The notes: generated by a model from the letters alone, not told the origin. A stretch of DNA of 64,000 nucleotides from an uncultured virus (IMG/VR IMGVR_UViG_3300030673_000009) (IMGVR_UViG_3300030673_000009); one strand, 5' to 3'; positions 35,842-44,487 are shown, counted from the stretch's first letter. A program made the numbers and translations.

Positions 35842-36089
35842 CCGACAAGCCGAAGAAGTTCGACGGCCACCGGCCGGACTTCGTCATCATGGACGAGATC
35901 ACCGCCATCGCGGACAACGTCAAGTGGACCTGCTACTGCGGGTCCAAGGGCCACGGGATGGCCGACATGTTCGAGCACGCCCGTGTGCACCTCGACAGGG
36001 AGGGAGAGGTGGCTCTCGACCTCCGTTCCACCGATTACAGCATCATCGACCCGAAGGAGACCGACCATGGCTACAACAACTCAAAATGA
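35838..36089 (+). CDS. Small protein with Walker-B-like motif and Zn ligands
   Basis: GHRPDFVIMDEI; CYC...HARVH. Confidence 0.65.
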   Translation: MTDKPKKFDGHRPDFVIMDEITAIADNVKWTCYCGSKGHGMADMFEHARVHLDREGEVALDLRSTDYSIIDPKETDHGYNNSK

Positions 36090-36285
36090 CCTGTGGGACC
36101 GGGTCCAGCGCCTGGAGGCCGAGCTGGCCTCCACCAAGGGCACGGACTGGACCAAGATGAACCGCCTCGAGCTGGACCTGCAGGAGTCCCAGCGCAAGGT
36201 CCGCGAGCTCGAGGAGCAGCTGGCCCACCCACCGGTGAAGGCCACCTTCCCGAGGACCTGCCCGGCCTGCGGGGAGAAGCTGTGA
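36067..36285 (+). CDS. Coiled-coil + CxxC small protein
   Basis: AGGAGACC RBS; CPACG. Confidence 0.7.
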   Translation: MATTTQNDLWDRVQRLEAELASTKGTDWTKMNRLELDLQESQRKVRELEEQLAHPPVKATFPRTCPACGEKL

Positions 36286-36395
36286 GGGAGATGCTCTGGC
36301 GCCTGCTCGGATGGGTCATCGAGCGGGTGATGGGGGCCGTCATGACCTTCATCTACTGGGACCAGAGTCGAAAGAAGAGTCCACAAGAGGCATGA
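36282..36395 (+). CDS. Small hydrophobic peptide
   Basis: GTGA coupling; MLWRLLGWVIERVMGAVMTFIYW. Confidence 0.45.
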   Translation: MREMLWRLLGWVIERVMGAVMTFIYWDQSRKKSPQEA

Positions 36396-36438
36396 GCAGG
36401 CAGGTTCTGCACCCTAAGCGCACGTAGAATCGTTGACC

Positions 36439-36660
36439 ATGACCAGTCCTGACATGTCCTCCGTCGTTGTCCTGAAGATCCCCCAGGTGGCCGAGATCCT
36501 CGGCTGCTCGGATCGCCACATCTACCGGCTCATCGAGTCCGGTGCCCTGCCGGCTGTCGACATCAGCCCGCCGGGGAGCCAGCGGTCAAGAACGAGGATC
36601 CGGTTCCACGACCTTGAGTCATACATCCAGAGCAGCATCCAGAAGATCGACACCACCTAA
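36439..36660 (+). CDS. Excisionase-like (HTH_17) DNA-binding protein
   Basis: LKIPQVAEILGCSDRHIYRLIESGALPA...RIRFHDLESYI. Confidence 0.85.
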   Translation: MTSPDMSSVVVLKIPQVAEILGCSDRHIYRLIESGALPAVDISPPGSQRSRTRIRFHDLESYIQSSIQKIDTT

Positions 36661-36668
36661 GGAGCACC

Positions 36669-37673
36669 ATGCCCGCTGAATACGAGGAGGGCTGGGTCGC
36701 GCACACCGCTGCGTGGCACCAGCTCGCCGACATCAAGCAAGATCGGCCCCGCACATGGGAGGCCGCCAAGGAGGGCTACCTGAACTGGGAGCCTAAGGCC
36801 GTCCCGATCTACGCCGCGGTACCAGCCGTCGACCCGGCGACCATCGCACGCGGGGTGGAGAACGAGTACTTCGAGATCCCCGGCTGGCACCAGGTCGTCC
36901 GCGACGACAACAAGGAGATCCTGACCATCCAGCCGGACTCCCTGGCCATCATCGGCAACAACGAGTTCGGCAACCTCGTCGAGTACATCATGGGCGTCGA
37001 CATCCCCGGCATGCCGCCGCTGTCCTTCGACACCCTCTCGGTGCTCAAGGGCGGCCGCATCGTGGCTGTCTCGCTCAAGCTGGAGACCCCCTTCCAGATC
37101 CCCGGCGATGACTCCCTGACGTACGGCTACATGCACTTCTGGACCCGCCACGACGGCCTGGGCGGCATGAAGTGCGGGCCGGGGATGTTCCGCATCGTCT
37201 GCTCGAACACCCAGTCAATGGCAGAGGCGTTCATGGACGCCAAGCACGCCGCCATGACCATCCGGCACACCCGCAACTGGGCGACCCGGGTGGAGGAGGC
37301 CCGCCGCTCGATGGTGGCCTCCCTGGGCCAGATGCAGGCGTGGGAGGTCATGGCCAAGGACATGGCGAAGACCCCGGTCCGGGAGGCCGACCTCGAGTGG
37401 TTCCTGGACAAGTGGCTGCCGTTCTCCTCGGACATGACGGACCGCCAGAAGGACACCATCGGAAGCAAGCGCAGGGCCTTCCTGACGGCCTACGACAGCG
37501 CCACCTGTGAATCCATCCGCGGAACCGTCTACGGGCTCTCACAGGCCGCCGTGGAGGTCTGCGATCACGTGTTCCCGGCACAGTCGCTGGAGTCACGGGT
37601 GACCCGCACGATCGTCTCGGGGAACACCTACAAGGCCAAGGCTCTCGAGCTCGCTCGGAAGATGTCGTCATGA
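36669..37673 (+). CDS. DUF932-family phage/plasmid protein
   Basis: AWHQL, LKGGR, HDG, RIVCSNT, IRHT, GTVYGL..AAVE..DH. Confidence 0.85.
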   Translation: MPAEYEEGWVAHTAAWHQLADIKQDRPRTWEAAKEGYLNWEPKAVPIYAAVPAVDPATIARGVENEYFEIPGWHQVVRDDNKEILTIQPDSLAIIGNNEFGNLVEYIMGVDIPGMPPLSFDTLSVLKGGRIVAVSLKLETPFQIPGDDSLTYGYMHFWTRHDGLGGMKCGPGMFRIVCSNTQSMAEAFMDAKHAAMTIRHTRNWATRVEEARRSMVASLGQMQAWEVMAKDMAKTPVREADLEWFLDKWLPFSSDMTDRQKDTIGSKRRAFLTAYDSATCESIRGTVYGLSQAAVEVCDHVFPAQSLESRVTRTIVSGNTYKAKALELARKMSS

Positions 37674-37990
37674 GCGATGACCGGATGAAGAGGATCCACC
37701 TGAAGACCAAGTACACCGACGATGAGGGCACGATCGGCTTCGGCAACTACGCCGACGGCCAGCTCGCCATGCTGTTCGCCCCGGACACCGGGGAGCCGGC
37801 GTGGGCCCTGTCGATGAACCTGATCGCCTACGGCCTGGTCGCTCCCGAGAACCACGTCTACGTCGGCGGCTACTCCGAGCATGTGGGAATCGCCTCGTGC
37901 CTGCAGGACCAGGGCGTTGCGCAGCTGGAGGAGGAGATCATCTTCGGCCCGTTCAACACCCCCGCCTACCTGATGAGGGTGCTGCTCTGA
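37670..37990 (+). CDS. Hypothetical protein
   Basis: ATGA coupling. Confidence 0.7.
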   Translation: MSDDRMKRIHLKTKYTDDEGTIGFGNYADGQLAMLFAPDTGEPAWALSMNLIAYGLVAPENHVYVGGYSEHVGIASCLQDQGVAQLEEEIIFGPFNTPAYLMRVLL

Positions 37991-37991
37991 G

Positions 37992-38165
37992 ATGGCCAGG
38001 TGCTACCACGTGTGGGTCTGGCGCATGCGGTACGCGGAGGTCGACATCGTGTGCCGCGAGTGCGGGTGGGTGAGGTACTCGTGGGAGTCCCTCGACCTCG
38101 AGGGCGATCGCAGGAGGGCTGAGTACTCCCAGCAGGCTGCTCGTGAGTGGTCGCATGGCCGGTGA
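37992..38165 (+). CDS. Small hypothetical protein (57 aa)
   Basis: Own translation MARCYHVW...CRECG...; followed by hairpin. Confidence 0.5.
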   Translation: MARCYHVWVWRMRYAEVDIVCRECGWVRYSWESLDLEGDRRRAEYSQQAAREWSHGR

Positions 38166-38197
38166 GGGGGAGGCATTGCGAGGGACCTCCCCCTCAC
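38162..38197 (+). terminator. Hairpin
   Basis: GTGAGGGGGAGG/CCTCCCCCTCAC. Confidence 0.6.
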
Positions 38198-38276
38198 GCT
38201 GGAAGGAGACCAGGCCTTCAGGGTCAGTCTAGGTAAGGCAGCCCTTGGCTCACACCCATCAAGCGCGTGTCAGCAG

Positions 38277-38304
38277 TAGACACCAGAGGACAACGCTGTA
38301 CACT
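38277..38304 (+). promoter_or_regulatory. SigA-like promoter
   Basis: TAGACA-N16-TACACT. Confidence 0.45.
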
Positions 38305-38436
38305 TCAGCGTGTTGGTGCATGGGTCGAGCTGTGTTGCCTCACGGTGAAGATCACTCTGGATGCCTGACGAGGGCCCTTGGGAAGCGATTCCCGGGGGCC
38401 CTTGGCATATCTCCATGAGGGATTACGTGACTGTAG

Positions 38437-38465
38437 TTGACAGTAATACCCCACTATGAGACAAT
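38437..38465 (+). promoter_or_regulatory. SigA-like promoter
   Basis: TTGACA-N17-GACAAT. Confidence 0.45.
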
Positions 38466-38608
38466 AGAGGCGTAGGGATTCCTATGCCTCGTGTCTCCCC
38501 CGTCACGAGCGTAGGACCCCTGCAAGGAAGGCCCCGGGTTGATCCGCCACAGGACATCCCCGGGGCCTTCCTGCATGTCCGGCCCGGGTATTCCGCCTGG
38601 GCCGTTTC

Positions 38609-38627
38609 CATGTCCGCAACGAAGGAG
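38609..38627 (+). repeat. 19-bp start-associated repeat, copy 1
   Basis: CATGTCCGCAACGAAGGAG, identical at 41295-41313. Confidence 0.9.
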
Positions 38628-38632
38628 GAGCC

Positions 38633-39010
38633 ATGAAGGCTCAGGACAAGGCAATGCTCGAGCTCGTCACCAACCTGGTCACCGAGAAGGTCATCGAGAC
38701 CATCGAGGAGATCGAGGTGCTCGTGAAGGCCGCCAAGAAGGAGGCCCGCAAGGAGCGCGAGGCCACGGCGCAGGCCAAGGCCAAGAAGGCTTCCAAGAAG
38801 GCCAAGAGGGCAGCCAAGAAGGAGGCTGCTTTCCAGGCTCGGTTGGACGCGGACTTCGCCGCCAGGTACCCCAATCTCCAGGGGATCTTGGACGACGCCG
38901 AGGCCGAGAAGAAGGCCTACCTCAACCCCAAGAAGTTCAACGCCCGCATCGGCTCCAACCCCTGGGTGCCGGCCGCTGACGTGCTTCCCGAGGCCAAGGT
39001 CACCAAGTAG
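38633..39010 (+). CDS. Lys/Ala-rich protein
   Basis: AAGGAGGAG RBS; AKAKKASKKAKRAAKK. Confidence 0.8.
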   Translation: MKAQDKAMLELVTNLVTEKVIETIEEIEVLVKAAKKEARKEREATAQAKAKKASKKAKRAAKKEAAFQARLDADFAARYPNLQGILDDAEAEKKAYLNPKKFNARIGSNPWVPAADVLPEAKVTK

Positions 39011-39119
39011 ATCCCTGTCGCACTTGGCGGTGTCTCCTGCGGGAGGCGCCGCCACTGAGCCGCAGGGCTCATCAGGTTCCACCATCCGGTGGGGCCTTCG
39101 CTATGAGAAGGGCAAGGCA

Positions 39120-39797
39120 ATGTCCGCAATGACAGAACAGACCGTCTCCCGGCGCAAGTACGGCTTCTGCGCCAAGGGCCTGGACGGGAGCACCGGCCAC
39201 CTGCACATGAAGGTCGAAAGCACCAACTACGTGTGCGACGAGCACCGCGGGACTCCCGGCTACTACTTGGGGTGCGCCAGCTGCGGGACGGCGTGGTCGG
39301 ACGGCGAGAGCCGGGACTACGTCTGCCGCAACTGCCTGGTCGGCTACATCGAGTACCAGGACCGCAAGATCAGGGGCCTCGAGCTGAACATCAAGGGCTA
39401 CGAGGCCGACATGAGGGGCACGATGGCCGCCCTTCAGGAGGTACGAGCAGAGAAGACCTCGATGGAGCGCGAGCTCACCAGCCTGCGGGCCGAGGTCATC
39501 ACCTGGCGTGTCAACGCCACTCTGGCCCAGCACGAGGCCGAGGCCGACATCGACCAGGCCGACGACCACGGCTACGACCGCGGCTACCACCAGTGCATGC
39601 GGGACATGTTCGTCCACCTGCTCACGTGGAAGATCGCCCACGCCGGCAGCGGCGGCGTCGAGGTGCTGGACCAGATGAACATCCCCGTGCACGCCAGCCA
39701 CCTGACGCTCGGTGAGTACCTCGAGCGCCAGATGGACCTGTACTTCACCTCGCCGGACAACTGCGGGTGGGACCAGGACTGGACGGCGGAGTCATGA
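39120..39797 (+). CDS. Zn-finger + coiled-coil hypothetical protein
   Basis: CDEH, CASC, CRNC then heptads. Confidence 0.7.
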   Translation: MSAMTEQTVSRRKYGFCAKGLDGSTGHLHMKVESTNYVCDEHRGTPGYYLGCASCGTAWSDGESRDYVCRNCLVGYIEYQDRKIRGLELNIKGYEADMRGTMAALQEVRAEKTSMERELTSLRAEVITWRVNATLAQHEAEADIDQADDHGYDRGYHQCMRDMFVHLLTWKIAHAGSGGVEVLDQMNIPVHASHLTLGEYLERQMDLYFTSPDNCGWDQDWTAES

Positions 39798-40555
39798 GCA
39801 GCGACACCCGCAAGGACGAGGAGGGCTGCTGGACGGTGCTGGTCGCCGCCCAGGTGCACGCTCCCTCCATGCAGGCAGCCCAGCAGCTGCTGATGGACAA
39901 GATGCTGGTGCGGCCCAACTCCGACGCGTTCCCCGAGCTCGAGTGCTGGTGGATCGCCGAGGATGAGCGTTACGACGGGTCGGACAACGACTCGGCCGTG
40001 ATGGTCTACATGGGCAAGCAGGACGAGTGGGCCGAGAAGTTCGCCAAGTACCGGGACTTCCCGCCCTGCACGGTCTGCGAGATGGACATCATGGACACGG
40101 AGATGTGCCCGAATTGCAAGACCGAGTGCCTGCACTGCTGCGGATGCGGGGACCATGACCTCGTCCCGTGGCAGCACCGGGTCGACCGGGTACTCGAGCT
40201 CTACGCCCGTCACGACCGGGGCGTGGAGGATCACGTCACGCTCATCAAGGACTTGATGACCGACCTCGTCCTCGAGGTCGGCACCATGGAACTGGACGAG
40301 CAGGACGTGTGGGAGGCAGCCGTGCGAATGGCCCAGGCCGAGAAGGACGAGTTCGGTGAGAACACCGGCAACTCCCGAAGGATCCAGGTCAAGGCTGACC
40401 GTGAGAACCACGAATGGCGTTGGGCCACCTGGACCGACTGCCCCACCGAGCCCGGTGGCGCTGACGACGACCTGATCGACATCCGCGATACCGGGATGAC
40501 GGTCTGGTCGGTCGTCCTTGTCGATGAGTACCTCGCATCGGAGCGTGAGTCATGA
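39794..40555 (+). CDS. Acidic multi-domain hypothetical protein
   Basis: ATGA coupling; Cys cluster CTVC...CPNC...CLHCCGC. Confidence 0.7.
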   Translation: MSSDTRKDEEGCWTVLVAAQVHAPSMQAAQQLLMDKMLVRPNSDAFPELECWWIAEDERYDGSDNDSAVMVYMGKQDEWAEKFAKYRDFPPCTVCEMDIMDTEMCPNCKTECLHCCGCGDHDLVPWQHRVDRVLELYARHDRGVEDHVTLIKDLMTDLVLEVGTMELDEQDVWEAAVRMAQAEKDEFGENTGNSRRIQVKADRENHEWRWATWTDCPTEPGGADDDLIDIRDTGMTVWSVVLVDEYLASERES

Positions 40556-40797
40556 CCACCTTTGATGACGACTTCGTCCGGCTGCCCACGCTGGTTGCCG
40601 GCGATGTCAACATCCCGCTGGTCAAGCTGGGCCTGGAGTGGCCTCCTCCCGAGGAGGTCAACTTCATGGGCCTGCTGTACCGCAGGATCCGCATGTCGCA
40701 GTTCACCGACGAGCAGATCGCTGGCATGGACCACATGGCCCGTGGGGCCGAGTACGAGTTCGTGGGCATCGACCCAGATTGGAAGGAGGAGTCATGA
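40552..40797 (+). CDS. Hypothetical protein
   Basis: ATGA coupling. Confidence 0.7.
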   Translation: MTTFDDDFVRLPTLVAGDVNIPLVKLGLEWPPPEEVNFMGLLYRRIRMSQFTDEQIAGMDHMARGAEYEFVGIDPDWKEES

Positions 40798-41087
40798 AGG
40801 TATGGCTGCAGACGCTGGGCTGCATCGCTGTGCTGGCGGTCATCCTGATCGCCATCAGCGCACGCAGCTCCGCACCGATCACCCAGCCCCCGTCCATCGA
40901 GGGCCGGGAGCAGGCCAGCATCGCCGCCATGGAGGACGCCTGGTCGTACCAGACCTCCATGGTGAAGTTCAAGGCGTGCGGTGCCTACAGCACCAAGAAG
41001 GACAGCGCATGGGAGTCGTTCAACTCCGGCGCCCAGGGAGCCGTCCTGTACGTCACCTGGGACGAGTTCATGGCGTCGCACTGCTGA
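40794..41087 (+). CDS. Secreted/membrane-anchored protein
   Basis: N-terminal TM/signal; two Cys in the mature part. Confidence 0.7.
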   Translation: MKVWLQTLGCIAVLAVILIAISARSSAPITQPPSIEGREQASIAAMEDAWSYQTSMVKFKACGAYSTKKDSAWESFNSGAQGAVLYVTWDEFMASHC

Positions 41088-41140
41088 TGAGCCGGTGGAG
41101 GGAGGGTTCCGGGTTGGTTGCCTCCCTCCACCTCATCGCG

Positions 41141-41169
41141 TTGCAGCGCAAGGCTTTTCCTAGTAGAAT
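41141..41169 (+). promoter_or_regulatory. SigA-like promoter
   Basis: TTGCAG-N17-TAGAAT. Confidence 0.55.
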
Positions 41170-41294
41170 GGTTCCATTACCGGGTAGGGAAACTGTGCCC
41201 ACCTGGTGAAGACCCTCGATGAACCGGCCCGTTGTGCTGGGGAGAGGATCGAAGGTAATCAAGGCCTCTGGCAATCCCGCCAGGGGCCTTTTTG

Positions 41295-41313
41295 CATGTC
41301 CGCAACGAAGGAG
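41295..41313 (+). repeat. 19-bp start-associated repeat, copy 2
   Basis: Identical to 38609-38627; preceded by hairpin + T-tract. Confidence 0.9.
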
Positions 41314-41319
41314 ACTTAC

Positions 41320-41826
41320 GTGAAGGTCAAGGATGTGATGCACCGCCTGCAGCCCGGTATGCGCTACCAGCGCGTGCTCGAGGCCGAAGGCAGCTGGCGC
41401 AAGGAGCAGTACGAGGTCACCGGCCTGGTGATCTCGAGCAAGGACGACGTCGACGGCGCCCCATGGATCACCGTCGTCGAGTTCTACGTCGACAAGTACG
41501 GCGCGGTGAACTTCCCCAATGCCAACCGCCCGGTCCTCGGGCCTGAGTCGGACCTGGCAGTCCTGGAGTACAACGAGGAGGCCATCGAGGCTGCTGTCGA
41601 CGCGGCCTTCAAGTCGGAGCAGAAGGCCACCGAGAAGACCCACGAATCGTGGAAGCACCACAGCGACCAGCTCGCCAAGATCGCTGATGTCTACGACGTC
41701 ATCGTCAAGGACCGGCTGGTGCGCGACCTGCCGGCAGCCGAGATCGTCAGCGAGTCCCCCGACTACGTCTCACGCGTCATGGATGCGGTGAACGACGCCG
41801 CGGCCGACCTCGAGGGCGGGCTGTGA
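41320..41826 (+). CDS. Hypothetical protein
   Basis: AAGGAG RBS with GTG at 41320 (in-frame ATG at 41296 is an alternative). Confidence 0.75.
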   Translation: MKVKDVMHRLQPGMRYQRVLEAEGSWRKEQYEVTGLVISSKDDVDGAPWITVVEFYVDKYGAVNFPNANRPVLGPESDLAVLEYNEEAIEAAVDAAFKSEQKATEKTHESWKHHSDQLAKIADVYDVIVKDRLVRDLPAAEIVSESPDYVSRVMDAVNDAAADLEGGL

Positions 41827-41966
41827 GCGTGCCGGCGTGGAAGGAAGAGGGCTACGAGTCCTACGTCGACTGGCAGTACGGCACGTACCACGGCATGGCG
41901 ATGCCGGAGGAGTCATGGAGTGAGTTCTGGGAGCGCTACTCCCGGGACTTCCCCAAGCACGTCTAG
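41823..41966 (+). CDS. Small aromatic/acidic peptide (47 aa)
   Basis: Own translation MSVPAWKEEGYESYVDWQYG...; GTGA coupling; hairpin follows. Confidence 0.55.
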   Translation: MSVPAWKEEGYESYVDWQYGTYHGMAMPEESWSEFWERYSRDFPKHV

Positions 41967-42066
41967 CCCCGACAGCGGAGACCCCCTAGGTGAACCTGCC
42001 TAGGGGGCCTCTGGCGTTTGGGAAAGGCCCAGACCCTGCACCACCAACACGAAAGGGGACATTCAC

Positions 42067-42993
42067 ATGTCCGCATCAACGGTGACTGCGAAGTCATCCC
42101 TTGGTGACAGCCCTGTGTCAGCGGCAGCTGCTGCAGCGTCAGCCAAGGCAATCCAGGAGGCCGAGAGCCTCGCCACCATGGCCAAGAACAAGCTGGCCTA
42201 CCTCACCGGTCTGGTCCACCGCGCCCGCATGTGGGCAGGCGAGACCGCGATCGCCGCATGGAACGTCGTCAAGGGCATCCTGTCGAAGTACATGGTCCCT
42301 GCCAGCATCATCGCCATCGCTGCCACTGCGACACGAGCCGGGTTCACTGCCCTGGCGAACGTGGCGGTGACGAGCGCCGGCTGGGTCGCTAGGACTGCCA
42401 CGCGCCTCGCTCGAGGGGCTGTGCGCGGTCTGGGCTGGGTCGGTCGCAAGGCCAGTCAGCTAATCAGCAAGGTCTCCCCGAAGTTCGGGGCGTTCTGCGA
42501 GCGTCGTAATGACGCCTTCTTTGGTGGCGCCGAGCGTCTGCTCGACGGTGCCGAGTACCTGATCGAGGGCACCACGGCAATCGTCCGCGACGTCGTGACC
42601 GCCCCCACCACCGCGAACATCGTCAACGCCACGTCCATCGCCCTCGGTGCTGGTTTCGCGGCGAACGCGATCACCGGTGGAACCGTTGCCGCCGCCCTGG
42701 CCACCATCCCGTTCGCGGGTGCAGCCCTGGCAGCAGCCGTGGCCGGTGGCGCTGTGACGCTGGCAACGATCGGCGTGGCCACCCTCGTGGGTGCCGGCCG
42801 TACCGTCTTCTTCCCCGCCAAGAAGACCGAAGACTCGGCAGAGGACATGTGGAATGCCCCTGCCGATACTGATGAGGCTGCGAAGACGCAGGCGGTCACT
42901 GCAGCGGAGTCGACCGTGAAGAAGGCCGAGACCAAGGCCAACCGCACGGCCGCTCCCAAGCAGGCTGCAGAAGCGCAGCCCGTCGCCTCCTAG
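42067..42993 (+). CDS. Ala-rich membrane protein
   Basis: Several Gly/Ala hydrophobic segments. Confidence 0.75.
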   Translation: MSASTVTAKSSLGDSPVSAAAAAASAKAIQEAESLATMAKNKLAYLTGLVHRARMWAGETAIAAWNVVKGILSKYMVPASIIAIAATATRAGFTALANVAVTSAGWVARTATRLARGAVRGLGWVGRKASQLISKVSPKFGAFCERRNDAFFGGAERLLDGAEYLIEGTTAIVRDVVTAPTTANIVNATSIALGAGFAANAITGGTVAAALATIPFAGAALAAAVAGGAVTLATIGVATLVGAGRTVFFPAKKTEDSAEDMWNAPADTDEAAKTQAVTAAESTVKKAETKANRTAAPKQAAEAQPVAS

Positions 42994-43005
42994 TTGGTTG
43001 GTGCA

Positions 43006-44010
43006 ATGGGTGAGGTGACCGGAGAGGGTGCTTACTACGACCCTCTCCGGTCAACTCCTTACGGTGGCTACCACCACCTTGCACCCGTCGACGACGGAAC
43101 GTGGCGTCACATGCTGACCCCGCACGAGTCGGGGTTCGGCATGCTGGTCTACCAGCTCTACCGGTCATGCTCCGGATGTGGGGACGAGATCCCCTTCTGG
43201 CTCATACCGGCCTTCTGCCGCTGGCAGAGCATCGTCGGACCCGATGGCATGGTCGATGAGGCTGTCACCCAGGCGTTCGTCGGAGAGGAGTCCAGATACT
43301 CGGACGCCCTCCGCGGACCCATGGTGGGCATCGCGGAGATCTACCAGCCGGAGCACGTCGACTGCTCTCTCGGACACTCGGAGACCGTTCCGAGCAACCT
43401 CGACATGGAAGAGCACGAGATGTGCGATCCAGACAGCATCGGGGAGTACTTCGAGAACGTCGGGTACCTGATCGGGATGGTCCCTGTGCTCAACATCATC
43501 CCCATCGAGGCTGAGTTCTTCGCGGCCTGGTACCCGCAGCTGAAGGAAGCATGGAAGGCCTACGACACGATCTGGTTCAACTACACCACCTGCGGGTGCA
43601 ACGAGGAGGTCGGCGAGACCGACGAATGCCTCGTGGCCCAGTGGGAGGAAGAGAACGGACCGAAGGGCTGGAGCGACGGCGATCTGCTGAACCTGCGCTG
43701 GTATGCGGACGCGAACTGCGGCTGCCCGGTGCACCTGTTCAATCAGGAGTTCATCGGACTGCTCGAGCATCAGCCTTCGTTCGTTGAACAAGTCGACGAT
43801 GACCTCCTCGAGGCCACCTGGGCTTACGCCCTCGACCGCTACTTCACGGGGTGGAAGTGGCTGGATGAACAAGCACCCCGAAGGCATCTGGACGTCACGA
43901 AGGAGAACGCATGGTTTATCTCGTACTCGCAGCGGTTCTCGCCGTACTGGGCTTCACATGGGCTCAACGGCTTCCTGAATCAACAAGGTCTGGTGCGCTA
44001 CGCAGCATGA
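43006..44010 (+). CDS. Acidic Cys-containing hypothetical protein
   Basis: Long ORF; CSGC, CGC, CGCPVH; start uncertain. Confidence 0.7.
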   Translation: MGEVTGEGAYYDPLRSTPYGGYHHLAPVDDGTWRHMLTPHESGFGMLVYQLYRSCSGCGDEIPFWLIPAFCRWQSIVGPDGMVDEAVTQAFVGEESRYSDALRGPMVGIAEIYQPEHVDCSLGHSETVPSNLDMEEHEMCDPDSIGEYFENVGYLIGMVPVLNIIPIEAEFFAAWYPQLKEAWKAYDTIWFNYTTCGCNEEVGETDECLVAQWEEENGPKGWSDGDLLNLRWYADANCGCPVHLFNQEFIGLLEHQPSFVEQVDDDLLEATWAYALDRYFTGWKWLDEQAPRRHLDVTKENAWFISYSQRFSPYWASHGLNGFLNQQGLVRYAA

Positions 44011-44267
44011 CCACCGTTGCCAACACGGCCAAGCAGGCCACCAGCACGATGAACGCCATCATCAACACCGGTGGCACGCTCGTGCGCCTGCTGGGCTGGC
44101 TCGCCAACCCCACGCCGATCGCAGCTGCGTCGGTGAAGGTTCCGACCAACCCCGTCAACATCCGCCCGGCATCCCTACCTCCTCTTCGAGGTGGCACCCG
44201 CATGGATGACTTCCGGGGTATGGAGCAGTACGAATACGACGTCGACAACATGATGCTCGCACCATGA
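44007..44267 (+). CDS. Hypothetical protein
   Basis: ATGA coupling. Confidence 0.55.
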   Translation: MTTVANTAKQATSTMNAIINTGGTLVRLLGWLANPTPIAAASVKVPTNPVNIRPASLPPLRGGTRMDDFRGMEQYEYDVDNMMLAP

Positions 44268-44419
44268 GCGATCGTGATCTGGAGACGGAGATCGACGCAC
44301 TCAAGGATCAGGTCCGCGACCTTAGGGAGATCCTCCGCCTCACTGAAGAGAAGTTCGACACCCGCACTAGGCAGTTGGCCAAGAGCGTGAAGAACCACGT
44401 CCACGCGGGGTACTACTAG
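44264..44419 (+). CDS. Small coiled-coil protein (51 aa)
   Basis: Own translation MSDRDLETEIDALKDQVRDLREIL...HVHAGYY. Confidence 0.6.
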   Translation: MSDRDLETEIDALKDQVRDLREILRLTEEKFDTRTRQLAKSVKNHVHAGYY

Positions 44420-44487
44420 CCAGTCGCAAGGCGGCGTAGCTGCCTGTTGCGGACCGGCTCCGGTGAGTGGAAACACCGACGCCTTGC

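Noticed and set aside
38365..38405. Hammerhead ribozyme (CTGACGA followed by a stem); similarly CTGATGA at 41084
   Set aside because: No GAAA core after the stem in either case
38200..38630. tRNA genes in the structured intergenic regions
   Set aside because: No cloverleaf with a GTTCRA T-loop found by eye; tRNAscan/ARAGORN would settle it
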